A program made the position numbers and the translations under genes. Of a DNA stretch of 64,000 nt, positions 61,701-64,000 are shown piece after piece (position 1 is the first letter of the stretch; each line of letters begins with the position of its first letter). The notes under the pieces are model-generated. The model was given only the letters and a program-made list of their open reading frames with translations, did no database searches and was not told the origin of the DNA. The stretch is from Ophelia neglecta (lineage: Eukaryota): the NCBI GenBank assembly GCA_965285935.1, contig OZ260665.1:53072001-53136000 (forward strand), in the 5' to 3' direction.

Positions 61701-64000
61701 CACATTAGATATAAAACGCATCTACTGCTTTGCTTCAGAAAAGAATTCCTAAACGGTAACGCCTCTTAATGGGACTTCTAAAAAAAAAGACCGAAAGAAA
61801 GACCGCAACTTAGACTTATTTTGTTCAGTGTGTGCAAGGGCAGGACAATGTAGTTCCCTGACAATGGCAGGTCTTTGCACAGGAACCAGAGGTTCATTGG
61901 GAACACGACCCCTGGGTACAGAGAAGTACGCAAGGAACCTAAAAAACTTTTCTAATGATCGTTTCCGCTGGCACATTTGCGTTGCTCTAACTGCCGTGAG
62001 CACTCCGCTGATTATTAGTAGTTATTGCTAGTACATCTAAGCTTGCAGCTGTAGACTCGAGACTGGTAATAACATGCTTTTAACAACACTCCAGTGCTCG
62101 GCTTCAAAGGAATTCGACTCTTATCTCTGGCACAAGACTACGTCGGTATCATCCCTCTGGGATTTCATCTTGTCCGTGTGCATAAGCTCAAGTCGGTGAA
62201 TTGGCCTAGCCTATTCACTGTCCAATTTCACAACTGTCAGCCCGCGAATTGATTATAACTAACACAGAAGCCAATTTGTATAAAATCAGTGTTATTGTAC
62301 CAAATGTATGTACAAGCATATAATTAACATGCATACATGATATGATTTCACACACACAGACACACAGGCCCACCCCTACCTTCACCCCCCCCCCCCCCAC
62401 ACACACATCTATATATTTATATATCAACCCGAATTATTATCTTATTTTTTGAGTCTGCCACTTCCGCCGAATATCTGCGGGTGTCTTAACCAAGGCAAAT
62501 GAACGCCTACACACTGACCGGTTTCCATGGCGGGCCGAGTCGCTATACAATCACCTTTGATATATAGTATGCATCGCTGCTGGCCGTATTACACTCCTGT
62601 GGAGTGGCCATTTCATATATTATTTGCCAATTTGCAACCAAATTGTCTGCTTAGCTGAAAATCATGCTCAGTCACTTTGATTCATTGCCAGACATTGATT
62701 ATTGCTTACAATGAATGGGGTTCTGCCTCGCTGATATTCTCTCTGACAAAATTGTAATTCGCAAGACTTGTTTGCTAAAAACAAGCATTTTTTCGTTAAC
62801 GCATATGTGAAATGTCAAATCACCTCAACACTTTAAGCGAGGGAAGGTTACAATGAATTTCCCAAAAGAGTGTACACTATTTATCCGGTGAGAAATGCCC
62901 CTTTTGGCTCTGACTTTTGATTGGTACCTTTGTGAGATCAGACCAGATTCTGAGTACATCCATTCAGATAGGGGCTCGAAGGTCTTCCAACCCTATATAA
63001 ATAACATCTTCCTTGACTGAGCCCTCTGTCAACACGACGGTCTGCTAAGCAAGGAAGCAATTATCGCCTTTTCAAACATATTCATTGTCAAAGTACCGAT
63101 TTCTTGGGAGCTTTCTCACCACCCCACAATTAGGTATTTTTCCTGATATATCAAGGAATGCCAAAGGCAGATGTAGGAAGTACGTTTATTTGTTCGTGAC
63201 TCTACTACTCCTTTGCAGCCATGTCATTTTTAATCAGACTTACAGTACGTCACTTCTGAAAATAGCTTTATTGGAGGAAGGAGTCTGCAAAAGGGGAGAA
63301 ATGATGACGTATTTGAATTACCTTGGCCAATAAATATCACTTTCTACAAGATTTTAAACGTAAAGGAAGTCTGATCGATAATTTGATCTGTAGACTTCAC
63401 ATTGATAGAAACCACGATTTTAGTGGAATACTTTTGAATCATATATCTGATCATCAGACGTAATTCCTGGCTTTATATAATACAATTCATTGTGTAATAG
63501 CTCCAAAATTCATTATTATACATCCATACGTCCCAGCATTAGTTAAAATGGGCTTCTGACTTGCATAACCTAATTGATTCAGCTAAATCGGGCATCCCCA
63601 ATTATACTTCTAATATATAGGATGAAATAGTTCAAAATGTTAACAACAAGTTTCTTGCTTCCAAAACATTAAAATTGAACAAAAATATACACATGAAATC
63701 TAATTGGATGACAATACAGACATTAGGTATTCTCAACTGTATTAACTTCCAAGACAAACTTAATAAGCGACTGAATAATTAACCCACCAACTCACCATTC
63801 CATAATACATAAGCAACCAACTTGAACACATTTAACAAAGACAGAGGTGTAAATCTTTTTGAACTTGCCAAATAAATAAACCTATGATATTGTTTGGTAC
63901 GACCAATTGTGTACGCCGAAAAAAAAATAAATATATATTGAAAGTTGGAGAAGAGTTTAGTGCAAGATATTGGCAATTCACACATTTGTTCATGAACAAT

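Overview
AT-rich eukaryotic (bilaterian invertebrate, probably spiralian; taxon is inference) genomic DNA with spliceosomal introns and one 320-N gap. It contains a complete + strand, 22-exon receptor (transmembrane) guanylyl cyclase gene, CDS about 1716/1752-42236, about 1304-1316 aa. I assembled the exons by hand from GT-AG sites and all phases are consistent. Domains: signal peptide, ANF-receptor-type ectodomain, TM helix, kinase-homology pseudokinase, coiled coil, GC catalytic domain and a long tail ending in a PDZ-ligand motif (ETRV). About 9.6 kb downstream, head-to-tail, is exon 1 of a second, deeply diverged receptor GC paralog (51802-52197) whose later exons were not found in the window. 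From recalled family motifs, gene 1 resembles the insect eclosion-hormone-receptor clade (CG10738/BdmGC-1) and gene 2 resembles Gyc76C; this needs phylogenetic confirmation. Introns and intergenic DNA hold a 35-bp pyrimidine-rich minisatellite, a degenerate 16-nt phased array, decayed L2/CR1, RTE and APE-bearing LINE fragments, MITEs, a SINE remnant and small duplications. No rRNA, tRNA or CRISPR array was seen. I found no wholly new system I can firmly support. The most promising lead is the tandem neuropeptide-receptor GC pair.
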